From the NCBI GenBank assembly GCA_030634505.1, contig DAOWAQ010000001.1, positions 1 to 25,074 of the forward strand: DNA of 25,074 nucleotides. The letters run 5' to 3'. Under the pieces are notes generated by a model. The model did not search any database. It had not been told where the DNA came from and worked only from the letters and a program-made list of their open reading frames with translations. Shown piece by piece: positions 1-7,746 of the stretch. The position numbers were made by a program, and so were the translations under genes. The first letter of the stretch is position 1, and every line of letters starts with the position of its first letter. The DNA comes from Calditrichia bacterium (GTDB lineage: Bacteria > Calditrichota > Calditrichia > JAJRVZ01).

Positions 1-101
1 AAACATAAAATACCCAAACAACCATCCACAGAAAAACACAAGATTGCCCATTCTATCTGCATATAATCAGAATAACTGCTGGCGAGGGATTTGGTGGTTG
101 G
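1..101 (+). pseudogene. Degenerate or error-laden upstream part of the DnaB helicase (H1a motif region)
   Basis: No frame is open into ATG 102 with helicase-like sequence (frame 3 has TAA at 6-8). Fragments EKHKIA (frame 1), FY (frame 3) and SE*LLAR (frame 1) piece together a DnaB-like ..IAF.SLEM.SEQLLAR|MVAQETG motif. Confidence 0.45.
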
Positions 102-722
102 ATGGTGGCACAAGAGACGGGGATATCTGCAAAAAAAATAATGTTTAACAGAATGTCTTTGGATGAAAAAAAGTTAGTGTTACACATGTTAGAATCCATG
201 AAAAATATTCCACTGTATTTTGATGAAAATGTTCTAAATGATGTTGATAAAATATGTACCAGCATTCGGAAAATGAAGTTAAAGTATGGGATAAGGGTGG
301 CATTGGTAGATTTTATTCAGGACATGAAGGGGGCTCATGATGAAGCGGGAGTAGCGGAAATTGGTAGAAAATTAAAAAATCTTGCAAAGGAATTAAAAAT
401 TCCGATAATAGCAATTAGCCAATTAAACAGGGATAAGAATAACCCAGAACCAAACAGATCAAGACTTCGGGGATCTGGACAATTAGAGGAAAAATCTGAT
501 ATTGTGATATTGTTATACAGGCCGGAAGAGTATAACAAATCATATTCAGAACCTTTTTCAACGATCCCGACAAATGGCACTGCGTTAGTCAAGATTGCCA
601 AGGGTAGAAATTATGGAACTGGTGGTTTTATACTCAGATTCAATTCAGAGACTACTAATTTTTGCGATTACAAAGGTGTGGATACAGATGAAGAAAACAC
701 AAAAGGGGATAATCCTTTTTGA
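102..722 (+). CDS. dnaB: Replicative DNA helicase, DnaB family, C-terminal ATPase portion (5' part missing or disrupted)
   Basis: Motifs VALVDFIQ (H2), LKNLAKELKIPIIAISQLNR (H3), LRGSGQLEEKSDIVILLYRPE (H4) and IAKGRNYGTG. Confidence 0.93.
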   Translation: MVAQETGISAKKIMFNRMSLDEKKLVLHMLESMKNIPLYFDENVLNDVDKICTSIRKMKLKYGIRVALVDFIQDMKGAHDEAGVAEIGRKLKNLAKELKIPIIAISQLNRDKNNPEPNRSRLRGSGQLEEKSDIVILLYRPEEYNKSYSEPFSTIPTNGTALVKIAKGRNYGTGGFILRFNSETTNFCDYKGVDTDEENTKGDNPF

Positions 723-737
723 TTAAAATTATAAAAG

Positions 738-1577
738 ATGAAAGCGTATAAAGTATTTAACAGTGATTGGACATGTAGGGGTTTTAAATTTAAAGTTGGT
801 AAAACTTACGATTTAGGAACAAATCCCATAATGTGCGAGCGTGGTTTTCATGCTTGTCTAAAAGTACAAGATTGTTTTAATTATTATTGTTTTGATCCAG
901 AAAACAAAGTAGCAGAAGTTGAATTACGCGGAATTGTTTTGGGTGAAAAAGACAAAAAACAATGTGCTGAAAAAATAACAATTATTAAAGAACTTTCTTG
1001 GAACGAAATGCTTATTTTAGCTAACACTGGGCTGGGGTGTTCTGGACACAGTAATAGCGGACACAGTAATAGCGGACACAGGAATAGCGGACACAGGAAT
1101 AGCGGACACAGGAATAGCGGAGACAGTAATAGCGGACACAGTAATAGCGGACACAGGAATAGCGGAGACAGGAATAGCGGAGACAGGAATAGCGGACACA
1201 GGAATAGCGGAGACAGTAATAGCGGAGACTGGAATAGCGGAGACTGGAATAGCGGATTTTTTAATTCAATAAAACCCGACACAATTTTTGTGTTTAATAA
1301 ATTGTGTGATAGATTTAAATGGGAATCGGCAGAAAAACCAAATTTTATCAGAAATCTAATTTTAAATACATGGGTTTATTTTTTCGATATGACAGATGAT
1401 GAAAAAAAGGAAAACCCAAAGGCTTATGTTTGTGATGGATATTTAAAAACATTTAATTATAAACATGCATGGAAAGTAGCTTTTGTATCAGCCAACGAAG
1501 AAGATATTAAATTATTAAAATCTTTACCAAATTTCGACAGCAGTGTTTTTGAAGAAATAACAGGATTAAAATTATAA
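738..1577 (+). CDS. Phage pentapeptide-repeat protein (DUF7666-like N-terminal domain plus G[HD][SRW]NS repeats)
   Basis: N-terminus KAYKVFNSDWTCRGFKFKVGKTY...CERGFHAC resembles a common phage domain; 14 GxxNS repeats in the middle; C-terminus LPNFDSSVFEEITG. Confidence 0.8.
   Translation: MKAYKVFNSDWTCRGFKFKVGKTYDLGTNPIMCERGFHACLKVQDCFNYYCFDPENKVAEVELRGIVLGEKDKKQCAEKITIIKELSWNEMLILANTGLGCSGHSNSGHSNSGHRNSGHRNSGHRNSGDSNSGHSNSGHRNSGDRNSGDRNSGHRNSGDSNSGDWNSGDWNSGFFNSIKPDTIFVFNKLCDRFKWESAEKPNFIRNLILNTWVYFFDMTDDEKKENPKAYVCDGYLKTFNYKHAWKVAFVSANEEDIKLLKSLPNFDSSVFEEITGLKL
1044..1253 (+). repeat. 14 tandem copies of a 15-bp coding repeat GGA[CG]AC[AT]G[TG]AATAGC
   Basis: Read directly: 14 x 15 bp; only unit positions 4, 7 and 9 vary. 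Confidence 0.97.
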
Positions 1578-1579
1578 AG

Positions 1580-2260
1580 ATGAAATTATACAAATTCAAT
1601 GGTTTAATGTGTAGGCCGGGAACAAATGATTACAAAACTGTGGCCGATGTTTTTGCCGGTAAATACAATCATGGTGGCCTACCTTTTGCAGTAGAGAAAG
1701 ATGAACGGTGGCTTGATGGTGGGGCCCACATTGGTGCATTTTCTGCACATTGCCTTCGCCGGGGTGCAACTCCCACAGCAGTTGAACCTAGTATTGATAA
1801 TTTTGAAATACTCCGGGCCAATATGCCGGGGCGTGTTAAAATAATTCATGGTTCGCTTGGTGTAAATGACGGGAATTGTGTATTATATAAAACACCATTC
1901 AAAGAATGTACTGAATTTACAACAGCGAAAACAGATGGCAATATGCCTACTGAAAGGGTTAGGGTTTATTCTATAAACAATCTTATCGAATCAAGTTTAA
2001 TCGATTGTGTTAAATTAAGTATATGTGGAAAGGAATCAGATATATTAGATTCAGCTTATTTAGGAGAGTTAAAAAAACTTGTTATTGAATACGATTTTAC
2101 TAAAAGCCGATCTATTAGTGATTTTCAAGATCGAATTAGATTTTTAAAGGCAATATTCGATGTTATATATATTTCTGAGAATGTTATTTATGCGTTAGAG
2201 AATCCAGAAGGACACTGGAAATTACTAATGAAGTCAAATATTTATTGTTTAAATTATTGA
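1580..2260 (+). CDS. FkbM-family SAM-dependent methyltransferase
   Basis: Motif I WLDGGAHIGAFS, then AVEPSIDNFEILRAN and DCVKLSICGKE (variant of the family KIDxEGxE motif). Confidence 0.8.
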   Translation: MKLYKFNGLMCRPGTNDYKTVADVFAGKYNHGGLPFAVEKDERWLDGGAHIGAFSAHCLRRGATPTAVEPSIDNFEILRANMPGRVKIIHGSLGVNDGNCVLYKTPFKECTEFTTAKTDGNMPTERVRVYSINNLIESSLIDCVKLSICGKESDILDSAYLGELKKLVIEYDFTKSRSISDFQDRIRFLKAIFDVIYISENVIYALENPEGHWKLLMKSNIYCLNY

Positions 2261-2262
2261 TC

Positions 2263-2742
2263 ATGGAAGCAAAAGAATTAAGAATTGGAAATTTAGTTAA
2301 TATAACTGAAAAAACAAAAGAAGATCTTTGGGATAATTGTGAACTTTCCACAAATGAAATATCATTTGATGTTTCCCGTATCGAAGAAACAGAATTGATG
2401 CTGTATATTGAGAAAGAGGAAATTGAATTTTATTGTAAAGAAATATTGCCTATTTCATTAACAGAAGAATGGTTAATTAATTTGGGGTTTAAAAAAGATG
2501 ACATAAAAGAATTTTATTATATAGATTGTAATGAGTATAAAATGGAAGTTGTAGTAAACGCCTTTTCTGGTTCAATGACTAATAATCCAAGTTGGTTTGT
2601 TAGTATCAATCCCGGATATGGAAGTCAATCTGTTACCCTTGTTAAAAAAGACGTTCACCAACTTCAAAACCTATACTTTGCTTTAACTGGAAAAGAACTT
2701 GAATTTAGAAATATAAAATGCCAAGACAAAAAAAGAAATTAG
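2263..2742 (+). CDS. Conserved phage hypothetical protein (MEAKELRIGNLV type)
   Basis: Start moved to ATG 2263 just after the upstream stop; motifs ELRIGNLV, PISLTEEWLINLGF and VHQLQNLYFALTGKEL. Confidence 0.75.
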   Translation: MEAKELRIGNLVNITEKTKEDLWDNCELSTNEISFDVSRIEETELMLYIEKEEIEFYCKEILPISLTEEWLINLGFKKDDIKEFYYIDCNEYKMEVVVNAFSGSMTNNPSWFVSINPGYGSQSVTLVKKDVHQLQNLYFALTGKELEFRNIKCQDKKRN

Positions 2743-2990
2743 GACAAGAACCTGCATTTCCAAGAACAGAGGCAGATTTATTTGGAGGTGGATTTTGCGA
2801 AGGACAAACAGGAATGTCAAAACGATTTTATGCTGCATGTGCAGCAATGCAGGGGGTATTATCCGATGAAACTGCTATGTTGCAATTAATTAAATTTGCC
2901 AGAGAACGGGGGCGCAATGAAGGACGGAAATTTATTATAGAAGCCGCTTACGCACTCGCAGATGAACTTTTAAGACAAGAACTATTATGA
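2718..2990 (+). CDS. Conserved phage hypothetical protein
   Basis: PAFP...GMSKRFYAACAAMQG...AYALADELL pattern common in small phage ORFs; ATGA overlap with the next gene. Confidence 0.75.
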   Translation: MPRQKKKLGQEPAFPRTEADLFGGGFCEGQTGMSKRFYAACAAMQGVLSDETAMLQLIKFARERGRNEGRKFIIEAAYALADELLRQELL

Positions 2991-3253
2991 AACAAAAGGC
3001 CAATCCAACATGTGAGCAAATAGGGTGCAACAATAAAGCAACACATAAGATTATGCTCGAATTGCGATCCCTCCCTAATACTCCTCCTGTTAAATCGAGG
3101 ACGTTATTTGTGTGCGATAATCATTGCGATGTTCAATTTAATGATATTGTAAGCAGTCAAATGTTTTGGATGGAAATTTGCACATATTTTAAACGGTTAA
3201 AATTGGCTATACCTGTTAAAAAATATTCTACAATAACAATTAAGAAAAAATAA
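2987..3253 (+). CDS. Hypothetical protein, possible Zn-binding
   Basis: Coupled start; CxxxxC and CxxHC motifs. Confidence 0.65.
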   Translation: MKQKANPTCEQIGCNNKATHKIMLELRSLPNTPPVKSRTLFVCDNHCDVQFNDIVSSQMFWMEICTYFKRLKLAIPVKKYSTITIKKK

Positions 3254-3255
3254 TC

Positions 3256-3399
3256 ATGAAAAAAACAGTAAGAAAACCATTCCCCTCCCCTAGAAAAACA
3301 AGAGAACCAAGCCTTGGTGCATTATACGCTATTTTAATTACGGCTATAGCATTTGGATTTTGCATTGCATGGATATGTAACAAGTATCAAATATTTTAA
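3256..3399 (+). CDS. Small 47-aa membrane protein (not in the ORF track)
   Basis: MKKTVRKPFPSPRKTREPSLGALYAILITAIAFGFCIAWICNKYQIF*; fills the gap between neighbours; basic N-terminus plus one hydrophobic helix. Confidence 0.65.
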   Translation: MKKTVRKPFPSPRKTREPSLGALYAILITAIAFGFCIAWICNKYQIF

Positions 3400-3410
3400 T
3401 TAAATAATTT

Positions 3411-3830
3411 ATGAAAAAAGTAATTTTATTTCTTATGCTAATTGCAATAGTTGTAGTTAATGTAAGCGCACAGTCAGCGAAACAGGACACATTAAAAGGA
3501 CAGGAATTAGAGGTTTTTACCGATGCACTACGGGCACAAGTTGAATTTGTAGCAGAACGGGATCGAATCCAAAAAGAATATGAATTACTTGTTGAAGATT
3601 TTACCGGAAGTGATTCTATTCTAGTACATGAATTTAATAAAACGAAAGTATTTTATTATTTCATCGCAATGGAAAAAATAAAAAGAAATTCGTATGATGA
3701 TTCTGGGGATACCCTGATAATAAGAGAGGTATATAAAGAAAAAGATCCCGTACTGAAAGAAAATATCCGCGATTATAACATCTGGATATTAAAAATGAAG
3801 ACCAAATATTTAACAAATAAAACACCATGA
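3411..3830 (+). CDS. Exported protein with Sec signal peptide
   Basis: MKK, hydrophobic core, then VSA|Q cleavage site. Confidence 0.75.
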   Translation: MKKVILFLMLIAIVVVNVSAQSAKQDTLKGQELEVFTDALRAQVEFVAERDRIQKEYELLVEDFTGSDSILVHEFNKTKVFYYFIAMEKIKRNSYDDSGDTLIIREVYKEKDPVLKENIRDYNIWILKMKTKYLTNKTP

Positions 3831-4426
3831 AAAAAAGAACAGGAATAGCACTTATAATTTGGAGAATAATATTCTCTTTGGTTGTATTGGTTTTATGTTA
3901 CAATCAATACAGTATTTACAGGCACGTGGAAAGTCATTGTGAAATGCTCCAGGTTTTATCGTATGTAATTTTTCAACAGGGCCTGGAAATACAGCCTGAT
4001 TCGACTGATTACAACGAATTTCAACTAATTAATTATTCAAAAGAAAAATCTAATTGTTCATTCATATTAAAATATGAAAACCAGGTAATAGCAAAAGGGG
4101 TTAATGTTGATTTTGATTTTCAAGTCACAGACAGCACTAATCTTTATTATCGCGGGAATGAGGATTCTGATTTAAAACCAATGCTTACAGAGAATTCACC
4201 CGATTGTATTGTTTCCTTCCATGTAGATAAACATTATTGGAAATTAATAGAAAATTTGTTTACACTTGTGGATAAACCCTTATATTTCTACATAGAAACG
4301 GAATTATATTACCCCAATGTTGATTTCTGTTTAATTGGCAAGGGTTATTTAATTGAATATTATCGGGGAATTTGTACTTTAGAGGTGTTAAGCGGGGATG
4401 TGTTTACGGAAATAACGGAGGAATAA
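3827..4426 (+). CDS. Hypothetical protein with N-terminal membrane anchor
   Basis: MKKR followed by a roughly 20-residue hydrophobic stretch; ATGA overlap. Confidence 0.7.
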   Translation: MKKRTGIALIIWRIIFSLVVLVLCYNQYSIYRHVESHCEMLQVLSYVIFQQGLEIQPDSTDYNEFQLINYSKEKSNCSFILKYENQVIAKGVNVDFDFQVTDSTNLYYRGNEDSDLKPMLTENSPDCIVSFHVDKHYWKLIENLFTLVDKPLYFYIETELYYPNVDFCLIGKGYLIEYYRGICTLEVLSGDVFTEITEE

Positions 4427-4427
4427 A

Positions 4428-4655
4428 ATGGCACGTTTAAATCACAAATGGGTAAAAGACAAGGATTTTAAGATTGCAAAATATTCATCAACATTTGCAA
4501 AATATACTTGCTCCCGTTGTGGTTGTGTTAAGCATAGCAATTCTTATAAAAGAGAAGATGGAGGCAGGAGATATGAAGATCATTTTACAAGGGATGGCAG
4601 AAGTTTTGGTTACAACCCGGAATGTATAGATTGGGACGACAACACTTTAGATTAA
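4428..4655 (+). CDS. Small hypothetical protein, possible Zn ribbon
   Basis: Tightly packed ORF; H...CSRCGC...C motif. Confidence 0.65.
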   Translation: MARLNHKWVKDKDFKIAKYSSTFAKYTCSRCGCVKHSNSYKREDGGRRYEDHFTRDGRSFGYNPECIDWDDNTLD

Positions 4656-4662
4656 AATTATC

Positions 4663-5271
4663 ATGGGATTAAACAAATCAAAAGGGAATTGCTGTATTTA
4701 TAGCATATATTCAAAATCAAATAAAAAGACGTATATCGGCTCAACAAATGATTATAATAAAAGAAAAAGACGCCATATATCAGATCTAAAACTAAACAGA
4801 CATCATTCAATATTACTTCAAAGACACTTTAATAAATATGGAATTGATGATATATCATTTGAATTATTAGAATATGTTAAAGAAGAAAAGGATTTAATCA
4901 CCATAGAACAAAAGTATATTGATAAGTATAATCCTTCATTTAATATCCTAACTGTAGCAGGAAGTCCCCTTGGACGAATATGCTCTGATGAAACAAAAGA
5001 AAAGCTGAGAAAAATAAATCTTGGGAAAAAATTATCAAAAGATACAAAAAGAAAAATGTCAAAAAGCAGAATGGGTAAAAAACGGAAACCATTTACAAAA
5101 GAGACATTAAAAAGAATGTCCGAAAGCAGATCAAAAAGAAAAATAATCAACACAAACACAGGTGCTATATATGAAGGATACAATAATGTTCCCATTGATA
5201 TGAAAACATCAACATTAAGGGCACAATTAATTGGTCAAAATTCAAACAAGACCATATATAAACTAGTATAA
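4663..5271 (+). CDS. GIY-YIG homing endonuclease with NUMOD3-type repeats
   Basis: CIYSIY...TYIGST...R...H, EQKYID...FN catalytic domain, then SDETKEKLR / SKDTKRKMS / TKETLKRMSES repeats. Confidence 0.92.
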   Translation: MGLNKSKGNCCIYSIYSKSNKKTYIGSTNDYNKRKRRHISDLKLNRHHSILLQRHFNKYGIDDISFELLEYVKEEKDLITIEQKYIDKYNPSFNILTVAGSPLGRICSDETKEKLRKINLGKKLSKDTKRKMSKSRMGKKRKPFTKETLKRMSESRSKRKIINTNTGAIYEGYNNVPIDMKTSTLRAQLIGQNSNKTIYKLV

Positions 5272-5286
5272 AATTCAAAATCCAAT

Positions 5287-5946
5287 ATGCTGAATAAATC
5301 CAAAGGAAATATGTACGAGTTTATAACTCACACATGGAACACCGTTAAAGGCAAATGCCCACATGATTGTTCTTATTGTTATATGAAACGTTGGGGAAAA
5401 TTAAACCCCGTTAGATTTGATAAAAAAGAGCTTAAAGAATTCGATAGAGATATTAAAAAATACGGAAATGATAATTTTATTTTCGTTGGTTCTAGTTGCG
5501 ATATGTTTGCTCCTGACATTCCCCATGAATGGATACTTGAAACTTTACACAAATGTTTTGCTGCTGATAATGATTATTTTTTCCAAAGCAAAAATCCATT
5601 TCGGTTTCGCGATTTTGAATTTCCAAAGAAAAGTTCATTTTGCACGACAATAGAAACCAATAGATTTTACATGGACATAATGGGGAATACACCCGAACCA
5701 CACGAAAGGGCTTTTTCTTTACCATTCAATAATTATATAACAATTGAACCTGTAATGGATTTTGATTTAGAAGAAATGATTATTTTGATTAAATTGTCTT
5801 CTCCTAAACAGGTAAATATCGGTGCTGACACTGGCAAAAATGGATTACCCGAACCCAGCAAAGAAAAGATAATATCCTTAATCGAGGGGTTAAATGAATT
5901 TACCATTGTGCATAAAAAGTCAAATTTAAAACGTCTCTTAAAATGA
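5287..5946 (+). CDS. Radical SAM protein, DUF5131 / phage Gp37-Gp68-like
   Basis: HTWNTVKGKCPHDCSYCY (CxxxCxxC), FVGSSCDMF, ITIEPV and QVNIGADTG. Confidence 0.85.
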   Translation: MLNKSKGNMYEFITHTWNTVKGKCPHDCSYCYMKRWGKLNPVRFDKKELKEFDRDIKKYGNDNFIFVGSSCDMFAPDIPHEWILETLHKCFAADNDYFFQSKNPFRFRDFEFPKKSSFCTTIETNRFYMDIMGNTPEPHERAFSLPFNNYITIEPVMDFDLEEMIILIKLSSPKQVNIGADTGKNGLPEPSKEKIISLIEGLNEFTIVHKKSNLKRLLK

Positions 5947-7076
5947 GCAACACAGAAAACACCAATCAGTTTAATAAAATGAAAATAGGTTTAATAGATG
6001 CGGATTTAATAGGGCAAAAACAACATAATTTCCCGAATTTAGCATTAATGAAAATTTCGGGATATTTTAAAAATAATGGATATGAAACCGAATTAATTCA
6101 TTATGATGAAATAAATCCAAATTGTTTATTTCAAAAATATTTTGATAAAGTATTTATTTCAAAGGTTTTCACAAATACTAAAATTCCTGAAAATATTTTA
6201 AAATTAGATTTTGTTGAATTTGGGGGAACTGGTTTTTTTTATGATAAGTCTCCAAATTTACCAGATGAAATAGAACATCATTTCCCGGATTATAATCTAT
6301 ATAATAATTGGATTAAAGAAAAAATAAGGAAAGGGAAAAAAGAAGATTATTTTAAATATTATACTGATTTTTCTATTGGGTTTACAACTCGTGGATGCTT
6401 CAGACAATGTGAATTTTGTGTAAATAGAAATGAAAAAAAAGTATATCCACACAGTCCGTTATCTGAATTTATAGATAAAAATAGAAAGAAAATATGTTTA
6501 CTTGATGATAATATTTTGGGTTGTGGAAAATATTGGGAACAAATTTTTAAAGAATTACAAGCGACAAAAAAACCATTTCAATATAAGCAAGGGATGGATA
6601 TACGTATTTTATCAGAAAAAAAAGCTAAAATTTTAGCAGAATCTAAATACGAAGGTGATTATATTTTTGCTTTTGATAATATTAAGGATAAGAATTTAAT
6701 TGAAAAAAAATTGCAACTATTCAAAAAATATATGCCCACTACAGTACCTAAATTATATGTTTTTTGTGCATTTGATAGGAACAATATTTGGAATGATCAA
6801 TTTTGGTATAATGATTTGATTGATATTTTTGAAAGATTAAAATTATTAATGCAATATAAATCATTGCCATATTTAATGAGATTTGAAAAATGGGATAAAA
6901 ATAATTTTAAATTTATTTATACATTATTAAGCAGTTGGTGTAATTGTCCGGCAATTTTCAAAAAAATGTCATTTAGACAACATTGTGGAAACAATAAATA
7001 TATTATAAGATTTGAAAAACAATATCCAGAAATAGCATTAAAATATTTTGATATGAAATTTGGTGAAATATATTAA
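5943..7076 (+). CDS. Radical SAM protein with N-terminal flavodoxin/B12-binding-like domain (alternative start 5979)
   Basis: FPNLALMKIS N-terminal motif; TTRGCFRQCEFC (CxxxCxxC); LLDDNILG. Confidence 0.85.
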   Translation: MSNTENTNQFNKMKIGLIDADLIGQKQHNFPNLALMKISGYFKNNGYETELIHYDEINPNCLFQKYFDKVFISKVFTNTKIPENILKLDFVEFGGTGFFYDKSPNLPDEIEHHFPDYNLYNNWIKEKIRKGKKEDYFKYYTDFSIGFTTRGCFRQCEFCVNRNEKKVYPHSPLSEFIDKNRKKICLLDDNILGCGKYWEQIFKELQATKKPFQYKQGMDIRILSEKKAKILAESKYEGDYIFAFDNIKDKNLIEKKLQLFKKYMPTTVPKLYVFCAFDRNNIWNDQFWYNDLIDIFERLKLLMQYKSLPYLMRFEKWDKNNFKFIYTLLSSWCNCPAIFKKMSFRQHCGNNKYIIRFEKQYPEIALKYFDMKFGEIY

Positions 7077-7149
7077 TATTTTAAAAACATAAAAACCAAT
7101 AAAGAAAGGAGGCAATCCATGTAGATATACATAAGGCGAAAAGACTAGG

Positions 7150-7187
7150 AAGGGTAACAATTTGTTAAAACATTGTTACCTTTTTTA
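7150..7187 (+). terminator. Rho-independent terminator after the radical SAM operon
   Basis: Stem GGTAACAAT (7153-7161) / ATTGTTACC (7172-7180) followed by a T6 run. Confidence 0.7.
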
Positions 7188-7213
7188 TTGTTTTTTACCG
7201 TAAAAATTTGTTT
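7162..7213 (+). promoter_or_regulatory. 52-bp element, copy 1 (copy 2 at 10026-10077); candidate terminator/late-promoter module
   Basis: Ungapped 44/52 identity with 10026-10077 by manual alignment; lies upstream of the fibre operon. Confidence 0.55.
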
Positions 7214-7259
7214 ATTACCAAAATATTTTTATAACGATTACTAAAAAACAATTAATATT

Positions 7260-7733
7260 ATGGCAGCAGCAGGAAAATGGAAAATGTACGAAGAATCAAA
7301 GTTGGCACTAGCTAACGGAGAAATTGACTTTGAAAATGATGCTTTTGAAATAGCATTGTATTTAAGCACTTCAGACGCAGACACGCTTACAGGCACAAGG
7401 ACTTTAGCAAGTATAACGAATCAAGTAGCAAGCGCATTTGGGTACACCCAGGCGGATGGCTCAGCGGGTGGAAAAGTACTTGCAGTAACATCTGCAAATG
7501 CAGCAGGAACAATTACAATTGATGGCGACAACCCTGTATGGACGGCTTCGGGCGGATCTATTACAGCAAGATTTGCGGTTATAATTGACGGGACTCACGC
7601 TTCTAATATTGCAATAGGTGTATTTGTATTAGATACAGCTCCAGCAGATGTTACCGCAACGGACGGAAACACATTCACAGTAACAATGAATGCAAGTGGA
7701 ATGTTTACTATTAGTGGAGCTGATTCAGATTAA
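7260..7733 (+). CDS. Putative small virion structural protein
   Basis: Ala/Gly/Thr-rich; LANGEIDFENDAFEIALY and VTATDGNTFTVTMNASGMFTI resemble small phage proteins that precede fibre genes. Confidence 0.6.
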   Translation: MAAAGKWKMYEESKLALANGEIDFENDAFEIALYLSTSDADTLTGTRTLASITNQVASAFGYTQADGSAGGKVLAVTSANAAGTITIDGDNPVWTASGGSITARFAVIIDGTHASNIAIGVFVLDTAPADVTATDGNTFTVTMNASGMFTISGADSD

Positions 7734-7746
7734 TCTCGAATAAATC

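Noticed and set aside
1044-1253. Repeat array as CRISPR or DGR variable region
   Set aside because: No spacers; units are contiguous in-frame codons; variation is not adenine-specific; no cas or reverse transcriptase gene in the window.
4663-5310. Group I intron around the GIY-YIG ORF
   Set aside because: Only 15 nt separate the endonuclease stop from the next start, no ribozyme core was recognised, and the downstream gene has its own complete start.
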